Positions 49,269 through 62,844 of a stretch of 64,000 nucleotides of DNA are shown one piece after another; positions within the stretch are counted from its first letter, which is position 1, and each line of letters begins with the position of its first letter. The position numbers and the translations under genes are program-made. This stretch comes from Chlorokybus atmophyticus. Lineage: Eukaryota; Plantae; Mesostigma and Chlorokybus algae. Below the pieces are notes generated by a model, which saw only the letters and a program-made list of their open reading frames with translations, had not been told where the DNA came from and did no database searches. Where the stretch lies: assembly GCA_009103225.1 (NCBI GenBank), contig RHPI01002402.1, forward strand, positions 901,412-965,411, given 5' to 3'.

Positions 49269-50900
49269 CTAGCTATGCAGCAGGAGGAGCGAGCGGCATT
49301 GGAGGTGGTGAAGCGGGGCATCGGGAGCGGTTCCCACACGCCGCAAGCCTCCTCTTGCCTCCTCCTCTTCCAACCAGTCTGGTACAACTGGGTGTCTCTT
49401 AAACTCCTCACGTAGTCGGGCAAAGTAAGCGGATGCACGCTCGCTCTCTTCAGCCGACTCCTTCTTCCGATCCGCAGCCAGTTTTCGGCCCCACGCCTCC
49501 TCATCAAACGCATGCTCCTCCTCCTGCCACGTGTCCCATAATCCGTTGTATACAGGCGAAGAAGCTTCACATGCGCCACCACCACCCTGCTGCTGCTGCT
49601 GCTGCTGCTTCCCAGACCCTGCCCTGTCCTTCTTCTTCTGCTCCTCCTCCTTCTTTATACGGCCCAGGACATCTATCAAGGAGATGAGACAGAGGTGGTC
49701 GTTTCTGTTGACATCCGCAGCAAATAACCATTCTGCCCATTCATTCATCGATCTCCCTGGCCTGAGCCGCATCTGCCTCTGCCTCAATCCTCTCCTCCCA
49801 CCCAATGGGCGGATAATCCCCTATCTCATCCCCATTACGGACCCACTCCACCACCTGCTCCACCTGCCACGCCTCAAGGCGGGGGAGGTGGAGCTTCCAT
49901 GAGGAGGGTGCTGCCACACTCTTGTCATAAGGGAGAGAGAGTTGTCTTTTCACTGTACTTTACACTAACCACCGCACAACTCGGATGTCGTCAAAAAAAC
50001 ATTCATCCACAACCCTTGCTTTCGGAGCCTCTGGCTGTCTTTCACCCTGACCATCGTCGTCGTGTAGTGCCTTTGCAGAGCGCTTGCCTCGACCTGCCTG
50101 ACGTTCTTCTGCATGGCAAGTACATAAGCAGTAGACACACACGCATGTCATTGTGCGTGTGTGCTTGTGCGCATGTAAGGCTGTTTGACATGTGAACGTG
50201 TTGTCAGTTGCTGAGCGCATGCTAGACAGTGTCAGACTTCCTGTAAGACTGTCAGATTGCTGACAACCCAACGTACATTACCACAACTCAATACGCTCAC
50301 AACAGCATCAACAACCCTTACCCTTACCGTGGGAGCCACTGTCTGTTGTGTCTGACCACCTTCGTCGTCTAATGCGTTCGCAGGGCGCTTGCGACCTGCC
50401 TTAACCTTCTGCTGCAGGACAACTACACGCGTAAGCACACGTAGTGTGTGCTCTCGTGCAGACAGAGAACCAGGCATTGCTTGTGTGCGCTTCTGCACAG
50501 AAGTAAGCTTGTGCGCACAAGCTTACTCCTGTGCATGCAGATGCTTACGCAAGCCTGTGTTGCAAAACACACAACAACACAGATAACTCACACATTGTGG
50601 CAATTCCAGCCGCACGCACGCACGCACCTGCAGCTTGGGGGCAGGCTCTTTCGCTGCCCCCCTTGCCTCGTAGCTGCTTGCTACCAGAACTGGCAGCGGC
50701 GGTTTCCGTTGGAGCACGGCGTGGATGCAGCTGGGGTGGCATGGCGTCTCTCCCGCGATCCCCTTCGCCTCCGCCTTCGCCTTCGCCTCCGCCTCCAGGC
50801 CTGCGCTTCCTGCACCGCTCTCAACTCCCCACTTCTTCCCTCCGCCGCCTCCTCGCCGCCCTGCTCAAAAGGCGGGAAACGCCCAACGTAAGCTTTGCGG
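49269..50900 (-). other. Unassigned coding-like fragments, charged and Trp-containing; weak resemblance to NFKBIL1-type proteins; includes a diverged duplicated exon
   Basis: Peptides GETPCH, GWEERIEAEADAAQ and WDTWQEEEHAFDEEAWGRKLAADRKK occur in different frames. Paralogous blocks at about 50001-50112 and 50304-50415. No coherent spliced model could be built. Confidence 0.25.
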
Positions 50901-51368
50901 TGTTCATTCAAACAATTCACAGTTTCTGCAATCACCAAAGTCAACATCACCTTCTTCAACGGTTCACAACTAAGTCCGGTCCATGTAGCGATGTACCGGT
51001 ATACTTGCAAGTAATGTAAGCGTTGGGTTGCATGTGTACATGAGTCTGAAGGAGTGTAATTGATCATTTATGACTTCTACACCTGCACATTAGTTATGTG
51101 TAGGGGTTGTAGGGGTTCTACAAACGCACTCGGAGAAGCGGTCCTGCTGTTATCAATATTGTACCTCATTGCGTGTATCAAATGTAACACAGATGTTTGA
51201 TGATGGATGTACATACACATGCATACAACAAGCGCGTAAGCAACAACCCAAGCAAGTAGACGCACAAGTTTGGTCGCTGAGTACACGTTCAACAGGCAAC
51301 AGCTGCAACCTTCAGCACTGCAGCAGGATAAGTGAGTCTCACGGACAACAACAACGCGAGCAAGTCAG

Positions 51369-52451
51369 TTACGGAATCATATCAATGCCAAGGCGGCGTC
51401 TCCTAGGCTTCTTATCTGCTTTCTGGGGCTTGAGGTCCATAAACTCAGACCCCTGGTTGGCAAACAGTCGCCGCAGGTTGATGACAGAGAGCTCGGACAT
51501 GCTTTGAACGGCCAGGTCTGCCTGTTTGAGCTCGTACGCTTTGTGTGCGCCCAAGATGGCAACGGCCTTCATGCTGCAGTTGTGCGCAGCCGTGATGCCG
51601 CGTGGGTCGTCCTCAAACACGATGCATTTGCGCGGGGGCCGATCCACTTTGACCGCTGCCGACAAGAAGCGCTGCGCCATGGACTCCATGTCATCCTCAT
51701 CGGTCACAACCGCCTGAAAGCAATCGCGAAGCTCCATGCGTTCAAGCGCGGCCACAACCGAGGCTCTGTCCATCCTGCAGGCGATGGCGCAAGGCACACC
51801 CGCCCCTCGCACGGCTTCCAGCCACTCCTTCACTCCATCCAATGGCTGCTGGTTCTGTCGGAACGCCTCCGCGTACAGCTCCCCGACGCGCTTGGTTAAC
51901 CGCTTGACCTCCGGCCAGTTGCGAGTCCACAGCAGCACCTCTGTGATCACGCGCTCAGGTGGTGTGTTATAGATTGGGCGCTCCACGGATGGCCACACGC
52001 GCCCCTCCTCGGCAGCTAACCGCATCCATGCGCTCAGCTGCAAGGCCCGCGTGTCTGCCAACACGTTGTCCCATGTGCAGATCACGCCAAACGCCTCGTC
52101 TGGTTTAAAGCTGTGGCGCAGACGCTTCTCTCCTGTGTGCCTTAGCTTCTCATTCAACAACTCCACATCCAAGTGAAGCGGGCCCCCGCTAGGACGATAC
52201 GAAGTAAAACCCTCTCCATGCTCCGCGCCTATTGGGTCTTCGCGAAATATGGCCACTGTTGCTGGGAGCTGACCCCGCTGCCGCCTCCGACAGGGTCTCA
52301 ACACGTTTAACCCTAATTGAACAGAACTGCTTGCTAAGCTTTGCCTACTGAAGGTGACCGGCACCCTTTTACTCAAAGCTGGTGAGGTGCAATGAAACTG
52401 CTTTGGCTGTTGAAGTGAAAGGGCGACAGGCAGCGCTCCTGCCAAAGCCAT
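51369..52451 (-). CDS. Plastid-targeted HAD-superfamily protein (PyrP2/FHY-like paralog, At3g10970-type), intronless
   Basis: Transit-like N-terminus, then IGAEHGEGF, KPDEAFGVICTWDNVLADTR, EDDMESMAQRFLSAAVKVDRPPRKCIVFEDDPRGITAAHNC and ELSVINLRRLFANQGSEFMD. Confidence 0.88.
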   Translation of the reverse strand: MALAGALPVALSLQQPKQFHCTSPALSKRVPVTFSRQSLASSSVQLGLNVLRPCRRRQRGQLPATVAIFREDPIGAEHGEGFTSYRPSGGPLHLDVELLNEKLRHTGEKRLRHSFKPDEAFGVICTWDNVLADTRALQLSAWMRLAAEEGRVWPSVERPIYNTPPERVITEVLLWTRNWPEVKRLTKRVGELYAEAFRQNQQPLDGVKEWLEAVRGAGVPCAIACRMDRASVVAALERMELRDCFQAVVTDEDDMESMAQRFLSAAVKVDRPPRKCIVFEDDPRGITAAHNCSMKAVAILGAHKAYELKQADLAVQSMSELSVINLRRLFANQGSEFMDLKPQKADKKPRRRRLGIDMIP

Positions 52452-55400
52452 TGTAGAAACACCAGGTTTTCAAGCAGCAACAGGAGCGCCAAACTTTTCC
52501 AATGTCCGAGTTGCTAACGCCAGGGCGTCCAAGAACCCGCCGATCGACCCTCGCAGCACTTTCACGTCTTTGGCCCTAAAATCACTGCAGGCCACAGCGA
52601 GTGTGAAGACTGGGTTTTCAAGTGCCTACATGCGAAGTGCATCGTCATCAATCGCATGTAACCACCATGCACTTACACATGCAGCACAGTGCCTTCAACA
52701 GTGACGACGCGTGAAACCTGTGCGGGTCTCAGCTGCACAAGGAAGAAAAGACTTGAGCACACGACATGAAAACTAGCTGGCGATGAGGGCAATCACACAA
52801 TGGGACATGATGTACCTCCTTGTCAACGCTTAAAGTGTTGCGAATGATGCTGGCTGCAGCCGCTGTAGCGTATGGCACCTGAAGGGAGCTGCAAACAACA
52901 AGGCAAGAGTTGCCATACGCTGGTTGCTACGGGGACCAGCATCGCCAACTGAGCCTAGGCTCAACCTTCGTGCGGAGTGCAAGACGTGAAGCCTAAACAG
53001 ATACGCTACACATGCACAAAGATGTGTGGCGCTGATCTTAATAGCTCTGGTTGCTACTACCAGAGTGATGGTTGTGCTTAATGTACAACACTAGCGCATG
53101 AAAATGAAAAAAGAACACTGTCGCAGCGCAGACACTCAGCAGCCTTCTCGGTAGCAGTAGTCATGTCAGCACACATGCATGAGGCATGCAAGACTTACTA
53201 CTGGTAAGGGTGAGTTTCATCAGGCGTCTCGGCAGCAAGCAGTACACCAGCGTCTGTTGCCGGTGCGATCGCAACTGGCTGGCCCGCCGCAGGCAGCAAA
53301 TCTGTCATCACACTGTACACAGCCTCCCACCCCAGGACAGCTCCGGCATGCAACGAGCCGCAGCGGCAAACTGTAGGATGCCCTCACGCATTGATTGGCG
53401 TGGAGTCTTTCTCGTTCACTTCCGCCAGCCACACCACTGCCGCCGCACACACCGCCGCCGCCGCCACGTGGCCGACTTGCCAGCATGGTGAACGGCCACA
53501 AGCCCTAATTCGCACAAGCCGCACAACCCGCACAAGCAAAGCTGCTGCTACGGCCGCCTAGCTGCGAAACATTGCGGAGGTCTGAGCCATGGCGGCTGCG
53601 CCGGCAGCCGCATTGGCGGCATCACCGACTGTGTCTGGCTGGACGATGGGCAGGGCGGTCTGCCAGGCGATGCTGGCCGAGTGGCATAGCATGCATGATT
53701 CTTTGTGGCTGGCTGACCTACAAGGTGAAAGAATGACACTGCCGCCGCCATGAACCCCGCAGACGTGCAAGGGCATAGCCATGCCAGCGACGACGACACC
53801 TTTGAGCCTGACGGCCTCGCTGCTTGTCGCCGGCTTATGTTCTCAACCATTGCGCTGAGGCGCTTCGGCAGGGCCCGACGATGACGCGGCCTGCCAGCGC
53901 AGTTGCATGCATAGTACTGTCTACAGATGGCCGCAACATGGGACAGGTACTTTATTTGTCAGTCAGGGGTGTGAGGGTCTCCCCGTGGTGTTGCCCGTAG
54001 CTGCTTTCCTGCTTTCCTGCTGGTTTCTGTCGCGCTCAGTAGAAAGGATGAAACGCACTGGGCACTGACGTAAAACATGACGGACATGCATGTTCGGGCC
54101 TAGAAAACCCGTTTCTGATCTTTTACGTTTCAGCTTACTTTGGTTATGATGCCTTCATTTGTCTGTCCCAGTCTTTGCAGTCGTCTCGGTGCTTAGTTGT
54201 ATACCACCTGTGCTTACAGCTGCTCCCGTTTGCAGCTTCTGTCACCTTCTATTAGCATCTCATCGGCGATGGCAGCAACAGCGCGCACCATGCATCATCA
54301 CCACGATGGGTATGTCATGCAACAATATTCACACGATTGTTGCCACTGATTCGGGGCCAATGATTAGTTTCCTTTCAATACCATCTTTCGGATCTGAAAT
54401 CTGTGCTGATCCCATAAGGTTTATGACGGCCCTGAAGGAATGCTTGTGTATTGAGGATTCGTTATGCATTACATTGTTGGGCGTAACATTGTCGTTGGTG
54501 CGTCTGGAATGATGATTACCAACGTACCATCAAATACTGAGGTTTCCATGAGGACAGCACGATCTGACCAGAACGCACTTGTTGATACAGTTTGCTCGCA
54601 TCAGTTTATGTAGCTTTGGGTTACGTGGCCGTGATGCCCATCGTTCCAAGCAGTACAACCAAAGGACAAGCAGAAGCTCATTTTTTGCTGTGCTGATACC
54701 CGACAACAGTCAGGTGCTGAGCCACGCAAAGTCGTTCGCACCTGGTGGTTATGCTGTTCACTGGGTTGCAAACCATCGTTTTGCCCTGCAGGTCAAGCAG
54801 GTTTACTGCGAGATGAAGCTGCGCAAGTTCAATTGCTTGAAGAGGAGCCTGTAGAGATACGCGCTCCAGAGTATGCAGCCAGTCTGCCAGGTGTATCTGC
54901 TAGTTGCACAGTTACACTAGGTTGTGCAACACTTGCCTTCCTTGTCATGTTTTGATGCATATTGCAGCGGTGCACAGGTTGTGTAACACACCGTACCATA
55001 CCCCTTATATACACTGCTTGTAACACTGCTGCTTGTGTACAATTGGTGCTAGTGAATGACAAACAACTTCACTCAATACGATGCTTGTCATGCTTGTTGC
55101 ACTCTTGGCATCGCATTTATTGTACACAAGCAGTGTGCATGCTAATAGGTAACTTATCCGAGATTGGCTGAGCTTACCTAATGCTGCTGTAGAGTTAGAC
55201 GTAGTGCATATGCAGGACTGAGATTGCTGTGCATGCCTGACAGGGGGGCAGTAGTGGCAGTTGTGATAAAGGTAGAGTCAAATACCATGTACAGAGAAGA
55301 TAGCATGCAGGCGTGTGGCAGATGGCCCAATGGTCAAGTTGGTGACTTGTTGTGGTTGTCGGTTGCCTGCATGCTCATGCATACATGCAGCTCAAGCTGC

Positions 55401-56056
55401 GTTCAACCTTTTGTACACAGCGCTTTGTTTCACAGGAGATAGAGGGTACAGGGAATAGCTTGCGCCTGGTAATGTCATTCGTACAGCACACGACCTCTTT
55501 TCATGGACATGTATGTGATGGGTAGTAGGGCTGCACCATGCCTAGCCACACACAACACACGTCACACACAACCGCGCGTCACTACACTACCACGCTACGC
55601 GAGCGCCGCGTTCGCCTCAGTCGTTGGAGGGCCTTGGGCCACATGACAACCGTTGCCTTCTTGTGATCATTTGTCCCCAGCACGCAACAATCAACACGCT
55701 GCAATGTGTTTTGCACAGCAGGTGCAAAATCTACACATCATATACCCGGCTCAATGCTCAGCCGCAAAACTCAAATCATTGGTAGCAGCCAACACGGTAC
55801 AGAGCCCTCCGCACCAACACTGTACCATGTTGGTGGCCATACTTCACTCGCAACCCAGCTACACTACAAGCGATGCACCAGAGCTTGCAGGGTAACTCGC
55901 CATGAACAGTAAGCATATCATACGAAGTGCCTCGCTTGTTGAATCATCATCCGCAATACCGGATTCATGGAGGCTGGCAACACACTCTCGAGCTGAACAG
56001 GCTTCCGCCGCCCAACCAATGCAGTACCAAAGACAAACTTCAGCCGCCATTCACAA

Positions 56057-57298
56057 TCACGTTTCCTCTTCATCTTCTTCGTCGGGTGCCATGCGCTCGA
56101 GGCGCTTCTGCTTCTCCTCGGGTTCTTCCGGTATGTTGGTGGAATCCCCGCTCGCGCAGCCTCGGCAGCCGCAGTGCACGCACTCCACTACCCTCCCGGG
56201 CTCCAGCGTCGACTTGGGCACCCGGCAGATGCACGCCGTCTGGAAATTGTGGTCCCGCGTCTGTATGCACTTCAAGCAGCATAACCTCTCGTACCCCGAC
56301 TGCACAAAGAAACAAGAGGTTGTTGATGCTGTACTACAAAGGAACTCAACAAGCACTCCACATTTGACAACCGGGCGCATGTCTACAACTAACCGCGCGC
56401 ATATCCTGTACAATGACCTGCACATATTTCAATAATATGCTATATACTTTTTTCTCACAACATGCAGTAATAACGCACGGTACCATGCACTTGCACACAT
56501 ACCTTCTTCCATTTGGCAATGAGATTTTTGTCGGCATATCCTTCTTGTAAGCAGAACTCGTACAGTTCTCTTGAGATGGCTTTTCGTCGATAAAACAAGT
56601 CGTAGATGTATCTGCTCCTTTGATGCGTTATTCTGAAAATTGGCCAGAGGGACTCGACCTTGCGCTGGTTTTCATTTGTATCTGCCTACAAGTGCACGAC
56701 AAGTTAGTAACATACCACTTGTCTCAAGATACTGGTTGGGAAATCCGATCATTGCATGTAAACACAGATGGCTGCAAGCCAACATAATCAAGACTCATGC
56801 TTGTGACATGCGACACTTGCGCGTGGTAGGTTTGCAGAACAGACTGAGGCGGAACAATAGCAAAAACTGTTACACCGAAGCAAGGTGTTACCCTAAACTG
56901 ACGGCATTGAACTTCCCCTGCCACACTGCACAGCTTGAGAATGTGCAAGCAGTCAGACGCAAGCATATGTTTGGTAAACTTCAGAAACAACACAAACCCT
57001 AAGCCCAATCTGAGCGGGCAGCAGCACTGTAGAGCTCTATTCCAACATGCGAGTGTGAACTATGTCGCGGCTAGGAAATGAAACAAAAAATAAACATGCA
57101 ATGTGGGTGCAAAAGCAGGAAAGTACGTCTAAGCTGCTTAGAGGTTAGACATTGACGAGCAACTACAGCAGCATAACAAGCGCAACCAAGCAAGACTACC
57201 TGTGCTTCCCGGAGCTTGCCCTCCAGCTCGTTGAGTGTGGGTTCTATCAGAGCCCAGCCTTCAGGGTACTTGGTCTTCGACGTCCTCACCTTTGGCAT
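56057..57298 (-). CDS. BUD31: Pre-mRNA splicing factor BUD31 (G10), 3 exons
   Basis: [22 protein letters not shown]...|...[50 protein letters not shown]|[28 protein letters not shown]...[14 protein letters not shown] plus an acidic tail. Confidence 0.95.
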
Positions 57299-57460
57299 GG
57301 CGGCTATCTGCCAATCTGCTCTGCTATGCAGTGCAAGGGTGTTTGCACGGCCAAGCTTTTGTCACCCCCCTGCTTCCCCGGTAAAAGGTGATAATCCGTA
57401 TCCAACAATTGACAACAGCAAATCACAACGGCTACCAATCAGCCCCCACCCGACCACGTA

Positions 57461-57493
<33 letters not shown>
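57461..57493. repeat. (GCC)11 tract in the BUD31 5' region
   Basis: Read directly. Confidence 0.9.
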
Positions 57494-57494
<1 letters not shown>

Positions 57495-59063
57495 GGACAC
57501 CCGCCGGCGACGTTGTGCACCGATATCGTCGTTACGGCGCCGATGTCAGGAAGATTCGACACGATATCACAATTTAACGCATGCCATGGTTAAGAGCATA
57601 TAGTTGTTTTGAATTGAACGTCACCATTGCGAAAGGTATCATTGATAAATAATGTTGGCAGTGTTCAACCCTTATCCCTAAGCACATGTTTGATACATCA
57701 TGATAATAAGTCCATTTGCTTCAATGCAGATCATACTAGCACATGCGAGCACACTCGAAATTAAGCGCATTTTGAGTTTAAGTGCACAAAGCTGTTTTTA
57801 AGTATTTTGTCAAATAGTATTGATTATTGCCATTTTTGCTTATATTTCGGGCCTCTCTATTATAACCCCCACGCAAAGAGCAATGAGAAACTCATATTCA
57901 AAAGGTGTGTTATGCGATGTGGATAAACGTTATTAGCAAATAATGCTACTTTAAGCTTATCGTAATATATGTGTTGTTTAAGATGCGGTTTTGAACAATA
58001 TATCACGGTATCCATTGTAGACTTGCATGTAAACTTGTACAATATAAGCTTGTCGCATATGACGGTTTTCATCTTTCTATTACTACAACGCGCATGATAT
58101 ACTGGATTTGATAAATGCTTCAATTTTGAGTAAGGGTCAATGGGCCTATGTTATACTCCACAATTGTCTATCGTAACGCGTAGAGTTGCCAAAGGTGCAA
58201 GAGTTGACTCTTTGCAGGAGTTGACTCTTTCGAAAAATAGCAAAATTCCTACAATTTGCAATCATGCGCGTAACGGGTTACCCATTTTGAGAGGGGGGGG
58301 GGGGGGGGGGGGGGNNNNNNNNNNNNNNNNNNNNNNNNNNNNNNNNNNNNNNNNNNNNNGGGGGGGGGGCGAGGGAGGGGATATCATGAAACGCGATTAT
58401 CTTCAGATATTATCTTTGGGAATTTAAATGACGTTCATTGACATAACGCACAGTGCGGTGCTGATTAATATGGTAAGAGATCCTACACGAGGCTCCTTCA
58501 GGCATGCTTGTACGCAACCATCTCAATACATGCCGTCGGCGCTTGCACTCCTCCCTGTGAAAATGGTTGCTGCAATGCATATAAAATTCAGAGTTTGCAC
58601 AGATGAATTCGAACGAATGGGATAGATACTGTACGAGTGCTTTATATACACCACTCGTTCAACTGTTACCAAAAACAGATGTGAGCCCTTAAAAGCCCTA
58701 GTGACCAGCCATTACACCGACTACATTCTGTTGCGCATTGTTTGTACATGTGTTTCTGCCGTAATAGCCCTCCAACCATGCATATCATGCCTCGTTTTGA
58801 CTGTTGGCATCGTGGAGGAGCCCTCCTGTTCAGTACGAAGTGTTGTTGCTGCACTAAATTAAGCGCAGGATGCGGAGTGTTCATGGCAAATGCTTGCATC
58901 ATCGTTTGCGCAATAAGCCATACATGCTATGTACATACAAGAAAACGCCTCATTGCACAGCCACCAACGCTTGCATGCACGCAAGCTGCACCATTCATAA
59001 ATAACCTTAGAAAGCAAAAGATTGTCAACCCCATGTTGACAACACTGCTGGCAGACAGCCTGC

Positions 59064-62000
59064 TCAGTCAAAAGTCCAGCCACCGAAATGTGCCGTGCCT
59101 TCAACGGATGCTTCGAACAACCTCGAGGGGTGCTTTGCGTAGAATGCGAGGGGTACCTTCTTGAGCCTCTTGTCGACCTGCAACCAAAGCAGTTGCAACC
59201 AAATCGCGAGAGAGCAGGGGGGGGGGGGGGCAACATGGAGCATAACCCGGTGGTCGGTTCAACCACTGACTTGAAAATATAGGTACCTCTTCTTCAACAA
59301 GTGATGCATAGGACCCGTGAACAAAGTCACTGATAGGAAGTTCGCTCGTCTTTCTCCTCTGTGACAAATCTATCTCAAGAGTAGAGACAAACCTGCACAA
59401 CAAGTACTGTCAAGCCTAGCAAACGCCAAGTGATGAAGCAAGATTCATGACACAACCAAGATGACATGGTATACCTGGAAACCGTGTGGCCATAGTGGCT
59501 GCGAAGGGTCTCCAACTCCCACAGTGAGCTCTCTGCAATGATAATTGCTGATCAATCACACCCATACGGCATTTCACCACGGCCTACTGCCAACAGTACC
59601 TAATGCAATGCTCCTCTCAGCCAAAATATTGGCAACGTAAATGATGGCATACTTACCAAGGGCTCGACACTTGGCAGGATCTGTCTCAGAGAAGAGGTAA
59701 GGGTCCGAGCGAAATACAAATGGCTCCTCCGTAGTCGTCGACTCTTTCACGCTAACTGCGAGTCTCTGGGCCTCTGTCTCCCTCTCTCCCTCGTTGACCG
59801 CGCCTGTGACTGCCTCGTCCCGACCCCGCTGACCCAGCTGACATGAAACACCAAAATAAGCACAGCTCATGAAGCACAACGCCTCCCGTATAATGCACAT
59901 GGCACAGCTTGCTGCTGACAGGCTACACACGCTGGTGTTGCTAGTGTTGCCTTCATTGCACAACAACACTCTAGCTGCTCTACCTGGTTGTGCACAAGCA
60001 CGCCGCAAGAAGGATGCCGTCTGAGGAGATTGTGGACAAAGGCGATGACAAGCGCTGCGCCGGAGGGCGGAGCCTGCAGCGCCAGCCTCGACAGCCTTTT
60101 GGCAAATGCCGCCACCAGATATGCCGGCAAGTGAGAGGACTTCAGGCATGCGTCTGCAAGCTGGAAGAAGCGCACTCGGTGTTTTGCTGCAAACAGACTG
60201 GAATCCAGCAGGGCATAAAGCTTCTTGTAGAACTCAGGGTACTCAAGGCCGTGCTGCCACACAGTTTAGTAGTGTCAATGAGTGCTCAGAATCAACTTGA
60301 TTTCAACTTTGTACAGACCTGAGTTATAAGAATGAACAGGCCGTTCAGAGCTAGGACACTGGTAAGCCCTCCAATGTTGTACGAATTTGTCAGGAAATCA
60401 CTAGAGGGGCCATGCATACAAGTCAGCATGCAGCGATGAATCAGCGCAGTCCAGCTTGCACAGCGGAGACAAGGATATTACTTGCTGCAAAGTTACGTAT
60501 TGCTGGAAGTACCTTAGTAGCACAGGATTTGTAATGTGTGGGATGACGTCTGTATGCATCTTGGTCAGCACCTGAAGAAGTATGTCAGTGCAAGGTAGCA
60601 ATAACAGACGGTACTAAATGGGAGCACTCGCCCATAGCCGCAAGGCAACGCATGCAACCACTGCACCTTTTTGTACACGTCTAGAGGAAATGGCAGTCGT
60701 AGGAACTGTAACCACGCCTCACTGCGCTCTTGCTTTATCCTGCTTGGGTTCTGCCAGCTGGGCTTCGCCTGTTCTGCAAGCACACATGTCCACATGTCCA
60801 CAACCCACAATGCTGTACATGACCACCTTCCACATTATTATACCACCAAGCAACCCTTGGACGACCGGACCACTCACTGGCGACTTTTCTCTTCTTGCTT
60901 GGCTTTTCAGCGTCCTCATCAAAATCTGTTGCACGCACCAACACTAAGTCATGGTCACCCAGCATGTTCCAATACTGAATCACATGAAATACTCGCCTGC
61001 ATGTTCAGACCAAGCAGTAGACGGCTCATCGTCAACGGTGGATGTGGTTGCGTTTGACAAAACATCATAGACAGTACGCGAGTAGTCCTCGGTGCTGCGA
61101 GCAAGCAATCAGCGCCTGCAGAAGCCAAGCTGGTATATCATGAGGTACTTGCTGGGCAGCCATTGGCTCACCTTGATGGCTTACTGACTGAGGCAACAGC
61201 TTCAGCTTCGTCATTTGGTTTTTCATCATCACCAGAGAGGGCCTCCCTACCTGTGTGCAGTTGAACCATTAACTACATTTGTCCTAGGTATATAAGAAGA
61301 CTTGTGCACTGCGACATGTCAGACTGTTTGCATGCCTGATGCGATCAGTTCCAAGCGCCTTGCGACACATTTGCGCACGTTGGAAAAGGTATACAACCTG
61401 CGGCATGCAGCAACCAGTGAGGTTTCGAACCAGTGTGAAGTTATATGAAGTTACATGAATGTGTATAGTGAAGCAGAGACTTCCAGGATGCTGACATCCT
61501 CGTGGTGCATAGAAGCACCTGACATCGCCGTACTGCATGTACTGCTGTATGAAAACGCCAAGCAGCTTGCCATTGAAAGCTCGGCTGTTCAACTGCACGC
61601 CACCAAAACTAGGTGAATTGAAGCTTCATTGGCAGCCCCTGCACATGAATAGACTGATGCATGACACCCTGACCGACCTACTTACCAGCGCATCCACCAC
61701 TTCCAAGTACAGGTCATTATAGAATGTGCCTGGTCGCTCTGCGCGCACAAGTCGCATCAAAGCATCCAGCGCAGCCACCTGCCCAGATCATACAACCTCA
61801 ATCTTTTGCTGCAATGTCAGCAGACATTAAGTGACTGGTACTTACAGTGACATCCTCATGTGTGTCGGGGCGCCTGCCAAGCAAGTCCTGGGCTGCTTTG
61901 ACGAAAGCGCGGTACTGCCGGCGAAGCCACTGCGCGTACACAAGCTTCTCATCCATGCTGCCGTTCTCCGCTTCACCGTTCGCAGTAGCCTTGCCACGCG

Positions 62001-62553
62001 CAACCTCGCCCGCTTGAAACCTTGCTGAAAAGAACACCTGAGAAGAGACGTAAGCTTGCCTGTCAATTGGCGCTTTGCTTTGTCTGTGAAAATGCAATGC
62101 GAGTCTTTGACACCAGCTACAGCAATTGCCGTGTTAACAACCAGAACGTATTTAAAAGCTAAGTGCATGCATGCGCAAGCCGTATCCCTGAATAAGAGCA
62201 GGCTGTGAATATTTGCATGCAAAGTTCGCATTGCGAACGCAGTGACCAAGCAGGACCTCCAACTAAGCAGCTAGGTCTGTGATCCTGCTGAGATCTACGC
62301 CGTAGGCTGTACTTCTCTTCAACGACAGCATGCGTTGAAATGTAGTTCAGCCAAATTGCTTTGCCCAGCAGCTCAAAGGTCTGACCTGCAAGCAGCGCAG
62401 AGCCTGGCACACTTCATCAACGGCAGCGGGCTCTGAGGCGGCGGAAGTGGCAGTAGATCTGAGAAGCTTGATCAACGCCACGCAATTGTTAACCTTACTA
62501 CGCTCCGCCAGCAGCTCCTCGCCCAGCACCGCGGCCGACTTCGCCGCCACCAT
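59064..62553 (-). CDS. NOC4: Nucleolar complex protein 4 (NOC4, CBF/Mak21 family), multi-exon
   Basis: VIPHITNPVLL|SDFLTNSYNIGGLTSVLALNGLFILI, HGLEYPEFYKKLYALL, SHLPAYLVAAFAKRLSRLAL, SSLWELETLRSHY, and last exon KKVPLAFY...GGWTFD*. TGA at 59064-59066. Confidence 0.92.
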
Positions 62554-62607
62554 GGCGCCGGCGGCGGCAACTCTCCACTGCACTCGGAATCAGCTTGAGA
62601 GACAGAC

Positions 62608-62616
62608 TTAGGGTTT
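62608..62616 (-). promoter_or_regulatory. Telo-box-like AAACCCTAA about 55 bp upstream of the NOC4 ATG
   Basis: Exact 9-mer in sense orientation of a ribosome-biogenesis gene. A chance hit is plausible (another lies at 56994-57002). Confidence 0.3.
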
Positions 62617-62844
62617 ACACCACTGTATCCAACGCTGTGTCGTGTCTCGGATATAAGCATGTACGTCTGACTTGCGACTTGGTTGAAACGCATGCAATGT
62701 GTACTGGCTGATGCCTACATGAATCATGTGACATGATGCCACAGCTGTCGTACAAGTTGTACCCGAGGCTTCCTCAGTGGTTCTCAGTGGTTCTGAACGT
62801 ACATGGTAGTACGTACAGGCATGCATAGAAGCAGTGTCGTGGTG

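Noticed and set aside
50399-50417. CCTTAAC...CAG as a plus-strand U12 branch and acceptor
   Set aside because: No matching RTATCC donor upstream, and coding signal is on the minus strand.
52060-52090. HAD motif I lacking the nucleophile Asp (CTWDNV) as a novelty
   Set aside because: From memory, the land-plant ortholog has the same feature (FSWDNV), so it is a family trait.
53180-55000. Possible small multi-exon gene on +
   Set aside because: GT/AG-bounded blocks can be joined but give no recognisable or convincingly coding peptide.
56536-56543. ATATCCTT as an AT-AC donor
   Set aside because: It is the antisense of BUD31 coding sequence (EGYA). The minus-strand ATATCCTT near 60470 lies inside an ordinary NOC4 GT-AG intron.
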